Of a stretch of DNA of 64,000 nucleotides, positions 15,936-26,559 are shown piece by piece; position 1 is the stretch's first letter, and each line of letters begins with the position of its first letter. This stretch comes from a virus. Location of the stretch: IMG/VR virus record IMGVR_UViG_3300044535_002275, positions 95,511 through 159,510 of that record; one strand, 5' to 3'. The translations under genes and the position numbers were made by a program. The notes under the pieces were generated by a model. That model was not told where the DNA came from and did no database searches. It saw nothing but the letters and a program-made list of their open reading frames with translations.

Positions 15936-16148
15936 TTAGAACGAGCCTCCATCTATTTCAATGTTACTGCTGGGTGCAGTAACAGGTGCAATAGTGCGTT
16001 GTTCTTGTAAATTTTGCAGAGCTAGCAACAGTTTGGTAATGTCAGCATGTAGATCTTTGGCATCACTCATGCTCATAGTAAAGTCACGCTGAGATCTTGA
16101 ATCAGCTGCTTTGATACGATCGATAAATCGATTTATATGCAAGCTCAT
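15936..16148 (-). CDS. hypothetical protein
   Basis: coupled ORF. Confidence 0.7.
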   Translation of the reverse strand: MSLHINRFIDRIKAADSRSQRDFTMSMSDAKDLHADITKLLLALQNLQEQRTIAPVTAPSSNIEIDGGSF

Positions 16149-16363
16149 TAGTCATTCCCGCAAATATTTCGAGCCGTTGCAACATGTTTAAATTCCATGT
16201 GCGGAGCAATGTCGTTGTCGAAAATCTGCGCCATAGTGTTCCAAAGATATGTGCGTTCCTCTATAGTCATACCAGAGAAGAAGCTGCCAGTTTCGGATTT
16301 TATTATACCGTAGTCGTGTCTGTAAGTGTAACACATGTTGGTGATGATATTTTCTCGATCCAT
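16148..16363 (-). CDS. hypothetical protein
   Basis: coupled ORF. Confidence 0.7.
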   Translation of the reverse strand: MDRENIITNMCYTYRHDYGIIKSETGSFFSGMTIEERTYLWNTMAQIFDNDIAPHMEFKHVATARNICGND

Positions 16364-16365
16364 GA

Positions 16366-16734
16366 TTATTTTCTCAAATAAGGTGCTAACTTAGGAGACT
16401 GCCAGTTCACAGGTTTTAGAACTTTTCCATCTTCGCGTTTACGAACTTTTCCAGTTAATCGATCAATCTTGGCAAAGTTTGTGCCTATAACTTCTTTCCA
16501 GGCACCTTCGGCATCTGCTCCCATCGAATGAATAGCGCCAATAGCAACAACTAGTATGTCGATTAGTGCATCTAACTGTTCTACCATATCGCCTGCATTT
16601 TCGGCAGCTACTAGCTCTTTGTATTCTTCTTCGATGAGATTTTTATACATTGCAAATTGCTGTTCATTGAACTCATCAACTGATTGATCACAAGCTCGCA
16701 TGAATTTGTATTGATCTTTAAAGGGATTTGTCAC
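16366..16734 (-). CDS. all-alpha NTP pyrophosphohydrolase (PRA-PH/MazG-like)
   Basis: LIEEEYKEL, LDALIDI, KREDGKVLKP. Confidence 0.85.
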   Translation of the reverse strand: MTNPFKDQYKFMRACDQSVDEFNEQQFAMYKNLIEEEYKELVAAENAGDMVEQLDALIDILVVAIGAIHSMGADAEGAWKEVIGTNFAKIDRLTGKVRKREDGKVLKPVNWQSPKLAPYLRK

Positions 16735-17167
16735 GTGACTGTTCCTCGGTATGATATGGGCCGCGATAAGCGTAGCGTTGCAAGGTAATCAGTTTGGGAC
16801 AAAACACAGTTTCCCATTCGCGTCCTTGTTTGATTTGATACCAACCGGCTGCGTACCAGCTTTTGGATTTAGGTTCTTTGGTCCACAGCGGTACTTGGTG
16901 CTTGACGTCGTAGATGGCATTGTAGGCTCTACTGCTGGTACTGTAACCATGAACTGAATTTACCGATGTAGCGGACTTTCTCTTGATCACAGGTTCAAAG
17001 TCGATTTGTACTCGCTGCTTGATTGTGTTGATGGTTTTAAAACGTTCAATCTGATTATTGATTTTTACTGAAAATCCCTGTGGTCCTGCTTCTATGTTTC
17101 CAATCTTGCGATCGTTTTCTTTTAAGATCCAGTATTGATTAGGAACTACTGTTTTTGCTACTATCAT
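16718..17167 (-). CDS. hypothetical protein
   Basis: 149 aa ORF. Confidence 0.75.
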   Translation of the reverse strand: MIVAKTVVPNQYWILKENDRKIGNIEAGPQGFSVKINNQIERFKTINTIKQRVQIDFEPVIKRKSATSVNSVHGYSTSSRAYNAIYDVKHQVPLWTKEPKSKSWYAAGWYQIKQGREWETVFCPKLITLQRYAYRGPYHTEEQSRDKSL

Positions 17168-18161
17168 CGAGAACTCCTTGATATGTTTGATTCAACCATC
17201 GAGCATATTGCTCAGCTGATTCACTGGCCTTGACCAAGTCATACTTGCCACAAAACTTCATAAATCTGATGCCTACTTGTCCAATATCTTTGTGACTAAC
17301 CATACTTTGAATACTGTCATCGACCATTTGTTTAACTTCTACCGGTTGTGCATTTAAATCGATTAGCAAACGATTGCGCTCGTAATCGTCTAACACACGA
17401 TGCTCTTCGCCATTATGGTCGGTCCAGCGTTGCAGCATGAGATTGTTCCAAGCATAACCCTGCCGGCTGCGATCTTCAAATGCTTCTGTTAGACCCACTT
17501 TGTTTTTAGTACCTTTGACACGCACACCCGGATAGGCCGAAAACACATTGTCACTAGTGTCGCCGCGCATGCACTTTTCAAACAGCAGCCATTCTGGATT
17601 GGGTATGGTCTTGGGTAATTTGGTTTTTTTATCGATCACTGGACGATTTTTTGCGTCAAAAATTCCGCGGACAGTCAGTAATTCATCAGTGATTCCATTG
17701 TACTGATCTACGTTGTCGGCTAACAGTTGAACAAAGTCAGTGTCACTAGAAATAATTACATGATGGTCTTGGGGGTGTAAAGCTATCCAACGTGCTATGA
17801 TATCGTCGGCCTCGGCATTTTCGTTTCTGATTACTGAACAGTTTGTACCTTCAGCCAAGTATTTAGTCAAGTTATCAAAGGTTTCCCAGAACAATTGATC
17901 TTCTTGTTGTTCTTTTTCAGTCTGCGCTGCTCTAGCGTCACTGCGATTACGCTTGTAAGGAGCATAAACATCCTTGCGCCAACTGCGTCCTTCGAGTGCA
18001 AATACCACATGATCTGCACCAAATTTTTGGTAGACCTTGTTAACTGCGCTAAGTGTGATATGCAAAGCATAACCTACTTTTTCCCAGTCATCACTGGCTC
18101 TAAAAGCCACGTGTCTGGCACGGAAAAACAAATTAGCAGTATCAATAAGAATGTATTTCAT
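17139..18161 (-). CDS. rnh: T4 RNase H-like 5'-3' exonuclease
   Basis: ILIDTAN, EADDII, SSDTDFVQL, GDTSDNV. Confidence 0.9.
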   Translation of the reverse strand: MKYILIDTANLFFRARHVAFRASDDWEKVGYALHITLSAVNKVYQKFGADHVVFALEGRSWRKDVYAPYKRNRSDARAAQTEKEQQEDQLFWETFDNLTKYLAEGTNCSVIRNENAEADDIIARWIALHPQDHHVIISSDTDFVQLLADNVDQYNGITDELLTVRGIFDAKNRPVIDKKTKLPKTIPNPEWLLFEKCMRGDTSDNVFSAYPGVRVKGTKNKVGLTEAFEDRSRQGYAWNNLMLQRWTDHNGEEHRVLDDYERNRLLIDLNAQPVEVKQMVDDSIQSMVSHKDIGQVGIRFMKFCGKYDLVKASESAEQYARWLNQTYQGVLDDSSKNSSS

Positions 18162-18915
18162 GTGCTTTTAAGTAGTTAGTTAAACTAGGAATAAGAACCT
18201 GTTGGGTCCATTTTAAGTGACCATCAATGCTGGGATGGAATTGGTCTTCTGAAATTAGGTCGTGTTTAACTGACCAATTGTACAATGTTTCAGCATCTAA
18301 AAACATTTTACTATATTCTGTTCTTAAATGCAATGGTATTAAGTTGTTTATTTCAAAATCACTGTTTATATCATCTCTATTTGCATAGTTTAAAAAACAA
18401 AATCGATAACCTTTAGATTTTAAATAATGCCAGGTTGAATTTACATATAAAAAATTTTCTACAGACCGAGAATTTTTGTCTTTGGAATTTAATACTTTTC
18501 TTGACAAGACAATATCGACATTCCCTGAATCGTTGTGACCGGATAAACCAGTTTGCACTTTGTCATTGTATGCAAAAGAAAATGAATATGGTTTAATCGC
18601 ATCCTTGGAAAATATAAAATCATCTCGATCGTTACCTGACCACATGACAATAACCAATGTATCTACAGGATTTAATTTTTCTAATTCTAAAGACCATTGT
18701 AGAGATTGAGATATATGATAATTTCCAGCTCCGGGCAAACTGCAGTCATACACTTGTTTAAAATTTGCCAAGTCTCTAAGATAGTAAGGCCAAGCACACA
18801 AATCAGATTCTGAATTGTTAAAAGTAAAACTGCAACCACTAACCACAAGATTTTTTATGTCAAAGTCAATGACAGAATCGAATTGTTTATTCAGAGTTCT
18901 TTGTTTAAATGTCAT
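18142..18915 (-). CDS. SGNH-like hypothetical protein
   Basis: SGCSFT...DQFHPSIDGH. Confidence 0.7.
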   Translation of the reverse strand: MTFKQRTLNKQFDSVIDFDIKNLVVSGCSFTFNNSESDLCAWPYYLRDLANFKQVYDCSLPGAGNYHISQSLQWSLELEKLNPVDTLVIVMWSGNDRDDFIFSKDAIKPYSFSFAYNDKVQTGLSGHNDSGNVDIVLSRKVLNSKDKNSRSVENFLYVNSTWHYLKSKGYRFCFLNYANRDDINSDFEINNLIPLHLRTEYSKMFLDAETLYNWSVKHDLISEDQFHPSIDGHLKWTQQVLIPSLTNYLKAHEIHSY

Positions 18916-18921
18916 CGAGAA

Positions 18922-19629
18922 TCAAATCAATTTGTTAGCAATAATGTATTGTAGCATAAAACGACTCCATGCTGCATGTGCTTCCTTACCGAAATGGTAT
19001 GAATTGGATGCAACTGTTTCGTATCTGTTGCTTAATAACCACTGACTGTAGGTCATTGTAGAATCGTAAGGACTGATATAACTGGTACCCCAGTCTCGCC
19101 GTTGTTTTTTCGAAACGGATCCAAAATGTGTGTTTCCGTTAAAGAATATGTGTTTAACACCCAGTTCAACCAGCTCCAAATGAAAGCTCCATATATCATT
19201 ATGTGCTTGTTCAGTTGTTGTGTTCCAATCAATAGAACTGACAAATTCTTTATACTTTTGTTGATGAGATTCAGGAAGGTGGTCTATACCGGACGCATTA
19301 ACTTGAAACCAAGAATCATCGATTAGCCACTCTTGGCGCTCCCAAGTTGACCATTGTATGATCATTAAAGTATCAGACGTGTCAGAATGATCTTTTAGCC
19401 ATTCTCTGGTGGTTCTAATGATACGTTGATTAGAAGCAGCTGATTCAGCATCGCAGTAAAACGCAGCCTTTAATACTTCAGATAATCGTTTACCCCAGCT
19501 GACTGCCAGATTTTCAGGATGCGGTAGTCTTCCAAGATATCGCAAATCCCAGTCGTCTTCGGCAAATGCGCAGGCATTTACAGCTTCGGCACCAGCGGTG
19601 TGACTATCGCCGTTGACATATAATTTCAT
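18922..19629 (-). CDS. SGNH-like hypothetical protein
   Basis: NGDSHT...YHFGKEAH. Confidence 0.75.
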   Translation of the reverse strand: MKLYVNGDSHTAGAEAVNACAFAEDDWDLRYLGRLPHPENLAVSWGKRLSEVLKAAFYCDAESAASNQRIIRTTREWLKDHSDTSDTLMIIQWSTWERQEWLIDDSWFQVNASGIDHLPESHQQKYKEFVSSIDWNTTTEQAHNDIWSFHLELVELGVKHIFFNGNTHFGSVSKKQRRDWGTSYISPYDSTMTYSQWLLSNRYETVASNSYHFGKEAHAAWSRFMLQYIIANKLI

Positions 19630-20099
19630 TTGCGCAGGTCCTTTTCGATTTCGGCCTGTACTACACGTTTACGTAAGCTGCTGCTACTAAATGAATGATC
19701 TCGTTTATTAAAAATCAATTCAATGCCGCGGGCACAACACTCATGCGCTCCTGTAAATTCTTTATCGGCATATTCTACTCCTAAGATTCTAACATCAACT
19801 GGCAAGATCAACAGCAAGTCTACTAGATCCTGTTCAGTTTGATATATCACTATTTCGTCTACAAATCTAGTGGCCGACAACTGTATCTGTCGTTCTACTA
19901 TGCTCTGCACCGGAGGATTTTTTGTGTCGGGTCGATCAATTGTGGGATCAGTTTGCAAGCCGGCAATCAAATAATCACAGTGATTTTTAGCTTCGGCTAA
20001 CATGGCAATGTGTCCGGCATGCAGTAAATCAAATGTGCTGAAAGTGATGCCAATTCTCAGGCCCTGCTGCTTTAGTTCTTTAATTTTGTTGAATATCAT
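19626..20099 (-). CDS. cytidylyltransferase (TagD/RfaE-like)
   Basis: TFDLLHAGH, RDHSFSSSSLR. Confidence 0.88.
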   Translation of the reverse strand: MIFNKIKELKQQGLRIGITFSTFDLLHAGHIAMLAEAKNHCDYLIAGLQTDPTIDRPDTKNPPVQSIVERQIQLSATRFVDEIVIYQTEQDLVDLLLILPVDVRILGVEYADKEFTGAHECCARGIELIFNKRDHSFSSSSLRKRVVQAEIEKDLRK

Positions 20100-20145
20100 T
20101 TTAGTTTTAACATTAAAAATGGTGCTAACTCAGCATTAGCACTGG

Positions 20146-20562
20146 TTATGATACTTCTGTACGTCCGTTGCCTATGTCTCTGCTGCGTGTAAATCTGGTA
20201 GGGTTCATGGCCTGCTCTTGTTCCCAGGTTTCCATGACCACATGCCGGCACACATTTTGAAACCATTGATCCACAATGTCAGCATCGGTTTTGCCCACGT
20301 ATCCGGCACGTATTAGATTGGCCACAAACTTTTCGTTCCAGTCCAATTCAAAGGCACCTTGGTGGATGTTTTCAGGATCAACGTCCATGCTGAGAATAGC
20401 CACATACGGATCTCCGCGTTCGGTAGCCAAATCTTTGTCGGACTTTTTGACACGTGATTTTTTGCCAGTCTTGGGAGTTTCTGCAGCAGATTGGTCAGCT
20501 GTTGCTTTTACAAATTTCTTTTTAAAATATTCAAACATTATTATTCCTTGATTTCTATCCAT
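20146..20562 (-). CDS. hypothetical protein
   Basis: GAFELDWNEKF; real start probably MFEYF. Confidence 0.75.
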   Translation of the reverse strand: MDRNQGIIMFEYFKKKFVKATADQSAAETPKTGKKSRVKKSDKDLATERGDPYVAILSMDVDPENIHQGAFELDWNEKFVANLIRAGYVGKTDADIVDQWFQNVCRHVVMETWEQEQAMNPTRFTRSRDIGNGRTEVS

Positions 20563-21011
20563 GTGTGGTCACCCAACCACTTGACTGCTGTAATATATTG
20601 ATACCATGCAGGTGGACCTGCTGACCAACCATCAGGTCCCATGCCGCATAATATGATTTCGTTGCGTCTGGTATCTTGCACCAGCCAATAGATCTGTCCG
20701 TGAGCAATTTGAAAATCATAACGGGCAGCATGTACCATATCAGTTAAGTCTAATCTGCGCTTTATGTCAGCTGCCTGCTGCTGTAGTACATCTACCAACT
20801 GCATGATTCTGTTGTACTCTTGCTCGGCATGCATGCGAGCAACATTCAGCATGATGTCTTTTTGTCGAGTAACAGGAACTAAATCAAATGCCGGCGCACC
20901 GGCTTCTGTGGGGTAAGGTGTAACGTTCCTATTAAAAAAATCAATCTGCGTGTTGCCAACTTCAACGTCAAAGCTGGTTCTTCCTTTAGCTCGATTAGAT
21001 TTTTTAGACAA
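20541..21011 (-). CDS. hypothetical protein (DUF2452-like)
   Basis: TPYPTEAGAPAF...LGDHTW. Confidence 0.7.
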   Translation of the reverse strand: MSKKSNRAKGRTSFDVEVGNTQIDFFNRNVTPYPTEAGAPAFDLVPVTRQKDIMLNVARMHAEQEYNRIMQLVDVLQQQAADIKRRLDLTDMVHAARYDFQIAHGQIYWLVQDTRRNEIILCGMGPDGWSAGPPAWYQYITAVKWLGDHTWIEIKE

Positions 21012-21866
21012 TCAAGTGCCCCACTCGTTCTTAAACAAAGGAACTTGCAGTCTATCACTGTAGCGCAAGCCATTTTTCATAGCAAACTCTGCTACACGGC
21101 GATTGTTGAGTACGTACACACTTTCCACTCCACCTACCGGCATCAAGTAGCAAGGTCCACTAAATCCAGCAGCACGATATACAGACAATGTTTCCAGTGC
21201 TTCAGCAGCATCCGCTTCTGTGGCAATCACAAACTTGAGGTAAGTGTAACCGATTTCCTGATACTCGCACACAACCTTGGGAAGAATAGCTTCCGACCGT
21301 TCTTCGCCTGAGCAGCTAAGTTTAGCACTGACACTGAAAGTTAACTTGTTGTAATCTCGACCAAACCGTGTAAATTCTGTAAACAAATAGTCTTTGAATT
21401 CTGTGGAGAGTTGTTGAGTGCCGTTTGTTTCGAATGTAATCTCTTTAAGATCTGCCATCTTGGGATGATTCAACAGATCAGGATAAGCACGTTGCCAGCC
21501 CAACAGAGGTTCACCGCCTGTAATGACCAAATGTTCATCCTGCCATTTGTTAAACGGCAGTATTTCTGTAATACGATCAGCAATGGCATCAGTTGTCAAC
21601 ATAGGACTAAGATGCTTAAACTCTGGAGCCCACGAGGCGTACGAATCACATCCAGTTGATACCAACGGTAGTTCCTCGTAGCTTTTAAAATTTATTGCTT
21701 GTTCAGCCACGCGATGACGTTCTTGTGTTTTTTCTCCCAACGGCATACCAAAACCGTCGCAAGTGAAGTTACAACCGAATGTTCTAAGGAACACACTGGG
21801 GACACCCATGAAACGACCTTCGCCCTGGATGGAATAAAATAGTTCTGCGATTTTAATTTTGCTCAT
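21012..21866 (-). CDS. queE: 7-carboxy-7-deazaguanine synthase (radical SAM)
   Basis: ELFYSIQGEG, FLRTFGCNFTC, ITGGEP, ETNGT. Confidence 0.92.
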   Translation of the reverse strand: MSKIKIAELFYSIQGEGRFMGVPSVFLRTFGCNFTCDGFGMPLGEKTQERHRVAEQAINFKSYEELPLVSTGCDSYASWAPEFKHLSPMLTTDAIADRITEILPFNKWQDEHLVITGGEPLLGWQRAYPDLLNHPKMADLKEITFETNGTQQLSTEFKDYLFTEFTRFGRDYNKLTFSVSAKLSCSGEERSEAILPKVVCEYQEIGYTYLKFVIATEADAAEALETLSVYRAAGFSGPCYLMPVGGVESVYVLNNRRVAEFAMKNGLRYSDRLQVPLFKNEWGT

Positions 21867-21880
21867 GATTTATTATACAC

Positions 21881-22369
21881 TTATTTAGAAATTTTTTCAA
21901 CTATGATGCCGCTCTTTTTCAAGAATTCAACTCCAGCATCGCTACGATAATCTTCGCTGTAAAATACTCGTTTCACACCTGCTTGGAATATCATCTTAGC
22001 ACAATCTATACAAGGACTGTGTGTAATAAACATATCAGCATCCTGAGCACTGACAGTGCTTTTGGCCATTTTACTGACAGCATTGGATTCGGCGTGCAAC
22101 ACTTCCGGGCGTGTCTTTAATCTGTAGCAAGTGCCGTCGGGTTCTTGTAGGGGGAAGTAAAGGTCTGCCCATTCAGAATGTTTATCATACCGGTCTGGAT
22201 ATTCTTTGTACTCGCAATCGTTATCCCACCCGGAAGGCATGCCGTTATAGCCGTAAGTGATAACATCGTCCTTAACAATCACAGCGCCTACTTTTAATCT
22301 ACGAGCATAGCTGAGTTCTGCTACTCTGTGTGCAATATCAATATAAGCTTGTATGTACTTTTCTTTCAT
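21881..22369 (-). CDS. dCMP deaminase
   Basis: GYNGMP, HAESNA, SPCIDC. Confidence 0.92.
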   Translation of the reverse strand: MKEKYIQAYIDIAHRVAELSYARRLKVGAVIVKDDVITYGYNGMPSGWDNDCEYKEYPDRYDKHSEWADLYFPLQEPDGTCYRLKTRPEVLHAESNAVSKMAKSTVSAQDADMFITHSPCIDCAKMIFQAGVKRVFYSEDYRSDAGVEFLKKSGIIVEKISK

Positions 22370-22698
22370 TGATGCTCTCTACGACCATCAAACACGCAAA
22401 CAAAATACAAGTCCATTTCGCCGGTGTTGTGTACACGATGAAACACTCCGTTTTGTATAAGGATCATGTCACCGGGACCAACGGAAAACTTTTCGTTGTC
22501 CAGTTCCATTTCACCGAAACCGCGCAAGAAAAAATATACTTCTTCCTGCCCAACATGACAATGGCCGGACGTGCTTTTTTCTCTATGTAAACAAGTTGAA
22601 CTTACTACAAGATTTTTTAAGTCGGTATTATCAATCACAGTATAGCGATCATCTTGTTTGACAATCCGACCGGCAATATCGGCAGTCTTGAGTTTCAT
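22366..22698 (-). CDS. cupin domain protein
   Basis: HCH...EEVYFFLRG...HRVHN. Confidence 0.85.
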   Translation of the reverse strand: MKLKTADIAGRIVKQDDRYTVIDNTDLKNLVVSSTCLHREKSTSGHCHVGQEEVYFFLRGFGEMELDNEKFSVGPGDMILIQNGVFHRVHNTGEMDLYFVCVFDGRREHQ

Positions 22699-23228
22699 TG
22701 ATGATTCTCCTTTGGATCCCAGCGACGCCACCATTCTTCCCAAGGGAACACTATCCATTGCGGATCATCTAGTTTGTTGATGGTTTCTGCAGCATAAGTC
22801 GGAGTTAGTTGACTCTCACTGGCTTGGTTATCATACAGCACAGCCACACGCACATTACCGGGCTTGCCCCAGATAAGTCTCCAATTCTCGCTGTTGGGCA
22901 AACACCCTGCGGGCCAGTCTTGTTTGATCCAGTTCAGTGTGGCACCGGAATCGTTGATGTCATCAACAATCAGGATGTTCTTGCCGTTGAACGCATCTTC
23001 GGCCATCCACAAGTTGCTTTCGCAGTCATCTGCAGCACCGTCGCGCAGTCTGACCTTCAGTGTTTCCATGGGGCAATCAAGATACTGACTAATCAAGTTG
23101 GCCGGTGTTAAACCACCGCGGGTAATTCCTACTACGTAATCGGGTGTCCATTTGTCTAGCCACATTTGACGAACCAGTTCTTGAACTTGACGCTGTACAT
23201 CATTCCAGCTTACATATACCTTTTTCAT
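22695..23228 (-). CDS. purine phosphoribosyltransferase
   Basis: GITRGG, ILIVDDINDSGAT, WIVFPWE. Confidence 0.9.
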   Translation of the reverse strand: MKKVYVSWNDVQRQVQELVRQMWLDKWTPDYVVGITRGGLTPANLISQYLDCPMETLKVRLRDGAADDCESNLWMAEDAFNGKNILIVDDINDSGATLNWIKQDWPAGCLPNSENWRLIWGKPGNVRVAVLYDNQASESQLTPTYAAETINKLDDPQWIVFPWEEWWRRWDPKENHQ

Positions 23229-23947
23229 AATTCTATACCCAGTTGTTTAGCTAAGTCTGTCATTACCTGAACACGTATATCTGCGTCACGACTTCCGTGA
23301 AAATGTAATATCTTAGCTTGACTGATATCACAGTTGTTCCAATGATTTCCTAGCTGTTGATTAAGACTAAAAGCCTGCCACGCCATAGCAGGATCTAACA
23401 CATCTTCTAATTTTATGTTCTGACTCCAGAATTGATAGTTATGCACCAGTTGTCCCCAAGCCCAATTGCCTTCGCTGTGAGTGAACCAACCCTCCATGTG
23501 TCTCTCCCCTACAGCCCATACTTCGGGATGCATTTTAGCAGGATAATAACGTATGTCGTCATTGAAATAGTTAGGGAACTCTGAATGAGATTTTGGATCA
23601 GTGTAGTTGAACATCATCATGTTGTCATAACAACCAAACAGTTCAGTTGGCTTGATAAACAACGTATCAGCACCCATGGCCAAAATATTGCAAGGTTCTC
23701 GATGCCAAAGTTCTTTGATCACATACCATTGTGCAATTTGGTACATACGAGCATCGCGTACTGGCGCAGTGAACTTAATTTCTTCCCAGTCTCCTTGCAG
23801 AAATTTTCTTGCACTAGCTCGACTGATACGATACATGTCTTCGTATTTTTTATGTCCAGCAAGTGCTTGAGTTTCTTCCTCTTGAGTTTTCCAATAACCC
23901 CAAGTGGTGCTGACTGGTCTTACTGCTCCTACTAGGTAATTTTTCAT
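23225..23947 (-). CDS. putative GT-A glycosyltransferase
   Basis: MGADT, YFNDD, ILHFHGSR; sugar-gene context. Confidence 0.55.
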   Translation of the reverse strand: MKNYLVGAVRPVSTTWGYWKTQEEETQALAGHKKYEDMYRISRASARKFLQGDWEEIKFTAPVRDARMYQIAQWYVIKELWHREPCNILAMGADTLFIKPTELFGCYDNMMMFNYTDPKSHSEFPNYFNDDIRYYPAKMHPEVWAVGERHMEGWFTHSEGNWAWGQLVHNYQFWSQNIKLEDVLDPAMAWQAFSLNQQLGNHWNNCDISQAKILHFHGSRDADIRVQVMTDLAKQLGIEL

Positions 23948-25038
23948 GTTTTTAACAAGTCTCTTACAGTTTTCATGGCACTACCAATTACTTGATGCAT
24001 GTCGTAATATCTATATTCTCCTAGCCTTCCACCTATTATAACATTGTTTAAGGTTTCTGCGCGATCTTGATATTGCCTAAATTTACTGGTATTTGCTTCA
24101 TCATTTACGGGGTAGTATGGAACCAAATTTCTATTCCATTCAACAGGTCTTTCCCAAGTAACAACTGTTTTTGAACTTTGTGTTTGAGCAAAATGTCGAT
24201 GTTCGATAATTCTGGTATAATCTTGGTCAGGATCACAATTGTTAATCACTGCACATCCTTGGTAATTGTCGGTGTCCAGTACTTTTGTTTCAAAAGACAA
24301 TGTGCGATATTCCAACTCACCGTATTCATAGTCGAAAAATTGATCAATTTTTCCAGTGTAAACAACACATTTGCCCTGTTGATCCCAGTAAGATTTATTT
24401 TCAAAATAATCCACGTTGGTTTTTACTTCGATACCTTTTAACATGTGTTGGAACAATGCGGTATATCCCGATTCTGGAATGCCTTGATATCGGTCATTGA
24501 AATATCGATTGTCGTAAGTGTATCTAATAGGCAACCGTTTGATTATCCAAGGCGGCAACAGAGTTGGATCTCTTTGCCATTGTTTTTTAGTATAGTCCTT
24601 GATCAACAAATCGTAGACATCTTGTCCTACTAGACTTATTGCTTGCTCTTCAAGATTAGTTATTTCTTTTTTAGTTCTTTGCTGTTGTATTTTGCTACGC
24701 ACAATACTGGGATCAGTTTCTCCCCAGATCTCGTAGAATGTATTCATATTAAATGGCAAGCTATAAAGACGCTGGCCTCTAACAGCCTTGGGCATGTGAA
24801 TATAGTTGTTGAAATCGGCAAACTTGTTTACAAATTCCCAAATTTCTCTGTTGTCAGTATGAAAAATGTGAGGACCGTACACATGTACATCAATGCCCTC
24901 AATCTTGTCTGTGTAGGCATTGCCACCTATGTGTTGCCTGGACTCTAATACAAGGCAGCGTCGACCAGCATCGGTCATTAGTCTAGCAAAAGTTGCACCG
25001 TAAAAGCCTGCGCCAACAATAACGTAATCATACTTCAT
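23944..25038 (-). CDS. glf: UDP-galactopyranose mutase
   Basis: GAGFYG, HVYGPHIFHT, GRLGEYRYYDM. Confidence 0.95.
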   Translation of the reverse strand: MKYDYVIVGAGFYGATFARLMTDAGRRCLVLESRQHIGGNAYTDKIEGIDVHVYGPHIFHTDNREIWEFVNKFADFNNYIHMPKAVRGQRLYSLPFNMNTFYEIWGETDPSIVRSKIQQQRTKKEITNLEEQAISLVGQDVYDLLIKDYTKKQWQRDPTLLPPWIIKRLPIRYTYDNRYFNDRYQGIPESGYTALFQHMLKGIEVKTNVDYFENKSYWDQQGKCVVYTGKIDQFFDYEYGELEYRTLSFETKVLDTDNYQGCAVINNCDPDQDYTRIIEHRHFAQTQSSKTVVTWERPVEWNRNLVPYYPVNDEANTSKFRQYQDRAETLNNVIIGGRLGEYRYYDMHQVIGSAMKTVRDLLKT

Positions 25039-25736
25039 CGATTGTCTACAAGTCCTATGCCCATGACACTGCCACGAATACGTAACAGCACATCATCGTA
25101 TTGATCAGTCCACTCATGCAGTTTTTCTTGAGGATATTGTTTCTGTAAATCTTGCCAAATTTGTTGAGTGCCTGGACAAAAGATATTTTTAATATCGTGA
25201 AAAGCCATCATTTTGGCATTGGAACAGACTGCTGCATAATCGCGTTTGACACCGCTGTAACTGTGATCTCCATCAATCAAGATCAGATCCCATTTCTTTG
25301 ATTTAATCAAACTCACAAAAGACTCGTCGTGACTAGAGTCAGTGAGATAAGTGACGTTTGTGTTGAGTTTTGCATAGTCGTGCATAATGTCTCTGGGCCA
25401 ATTATCAACGGCCAAACAACTTTCCATCTCGTTAAATCTGGCCAGGTATTCGCAAGTGATGATAAATGTACCACCTTTGTGGCATCCAATTTCTACATAA
25501 TTTTGAATTTTGCAACGGGACAAATAACACAAATATTTGCTGAACTGGTTAGGATATTGCCAGCTGTCGACACCAATGCCGCAGTAGCGGTGAAGATGCT
25601 CGGGATATTGATGCATGTGACGATCGTTTAGACCCAATTCAGGTAATAAACGATATTCCAGGTAAGCAGGATCGGATAGTTTTTCAATTGATTCGTTACG
25701 AATGCGCTCAACAACATCTAATAATTTTTTATTCAT
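25035..25736 (-). CDS. class I SAM-dependent methyltransferase
   Basis: VEIGCHKGG, LIDGDHSY, FHD. Confidence 0.85.
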   Translation of the reverse strand: MNKKLLDVVERIRNESIEKLSDPAYLEYRLLPELGLNDRHMHQYPEHLHRYCGIGVDSWQYPNQFSKYLCYLSRCKIQNYVEIGCHKGGTFIITCEYLARFNEMESCLAVDNWPRDIMHDYAKLNTNVTYLTDSSHDESFVSLIKSKKWDLILIDGDHSYSGVKRDYAAVCSNAKMMAFHDIKNIFCPGTQQIWQDLQKQYPQEKLHEWTDQYDDVLLRIRGSVMGIGLVDNR

Positions 25737-25740
25737 AATT

Positions 25741-26559
25741 TTAAGCTTTATCTATTCTAGATACTTGATTATTAACGTCCGCTGCTAGCATTTTGTCCCA
25801 AGGATCAACTTTTTTAGACAGTACATCGTCCCATCGAGACATGTCTACTCCCTTTGATTTTAAATACTCAGCAATCACAGTAGCATCTTTAAACCTGGCT
25901 ACTCTGTTAGAGACATGATTAAAATCTCTGGGATCGTTGATGTTGCCTTCGAAAATCTTACGTCTTTGATAAGTCGAATCGTTGTTGTTACCTGTTAAAT
26001 CAAAACGGTCGTGTTTGACCCGAACATCAATGCGTTGCATAATATCCAAGATCCAAGCAATTTGACTCAGCCAAGCATCATTCAATTGATGCAGACTCAG
26101 ATGCCCAACCACTTCAAACCATTCACGCGGCACAATAGGAAAAATACTGTAAGGATGTAAGTTATGCGTATCAAACGCCTGTAAGCAAAATCGACCAGTG
26201 TAGCTGTTGATTACTGAGTCCCATCCTGGCGTCTCCATCACAGCATCGTCGTTCCAAAAAACAAACCAATTGCCCTCGGCTGCCGCAGCCAATGCATTAA
26301 CATATTGATTTAGTCTTTCGTAGCCTAGTGGTGCAAATTGTAAACAGGTATATGTTCCACCTGATTCAATAATTTCGGGTATGACGTTAGTTTCAAACCA
26401 ACGATACGACAACTGATCATCGGAGTCAAATCCAAATAACCATTCAATGGAAGTTGGATTGTCAGCAGTTGTAATTAAACTTTTAACACTGTGAGCCAAT
26501 TGCTCGGTCCTACCGCGTGTGGGTAATAAAATACTAATTTTAGTTGAATTGTTGGACAT
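25741..26559 (-). CDS. family 2 glycosyltransferase
   Basis: ISILLPTRGR, FWNDD. Confidence 0.8.
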   Translation of the reverse strand: MSNNSTKISILLPTRGRTEQLAHSVKSLITTADNPTSIEWLFGFDSDDQLSYRWFETNVIPEIIESGGTYTCLQFAPLGYERLNQYVNALAAAAEGNWFVFWNDDAVMETPGWDSVINSYTGRFCLQAFDTHNLHPYSIFPIVPREWFEVVGHLSLHQLNDAWLSQIAWILDIMQRIDVRVKHDRFDLTGNNNDSTYQRRKIFEGNINDPRDFNHVSNRVARFKDATVIAEYLKSKGVDMSRWDDVLSKKVDPWDKMLAADVNNQVSRIDKA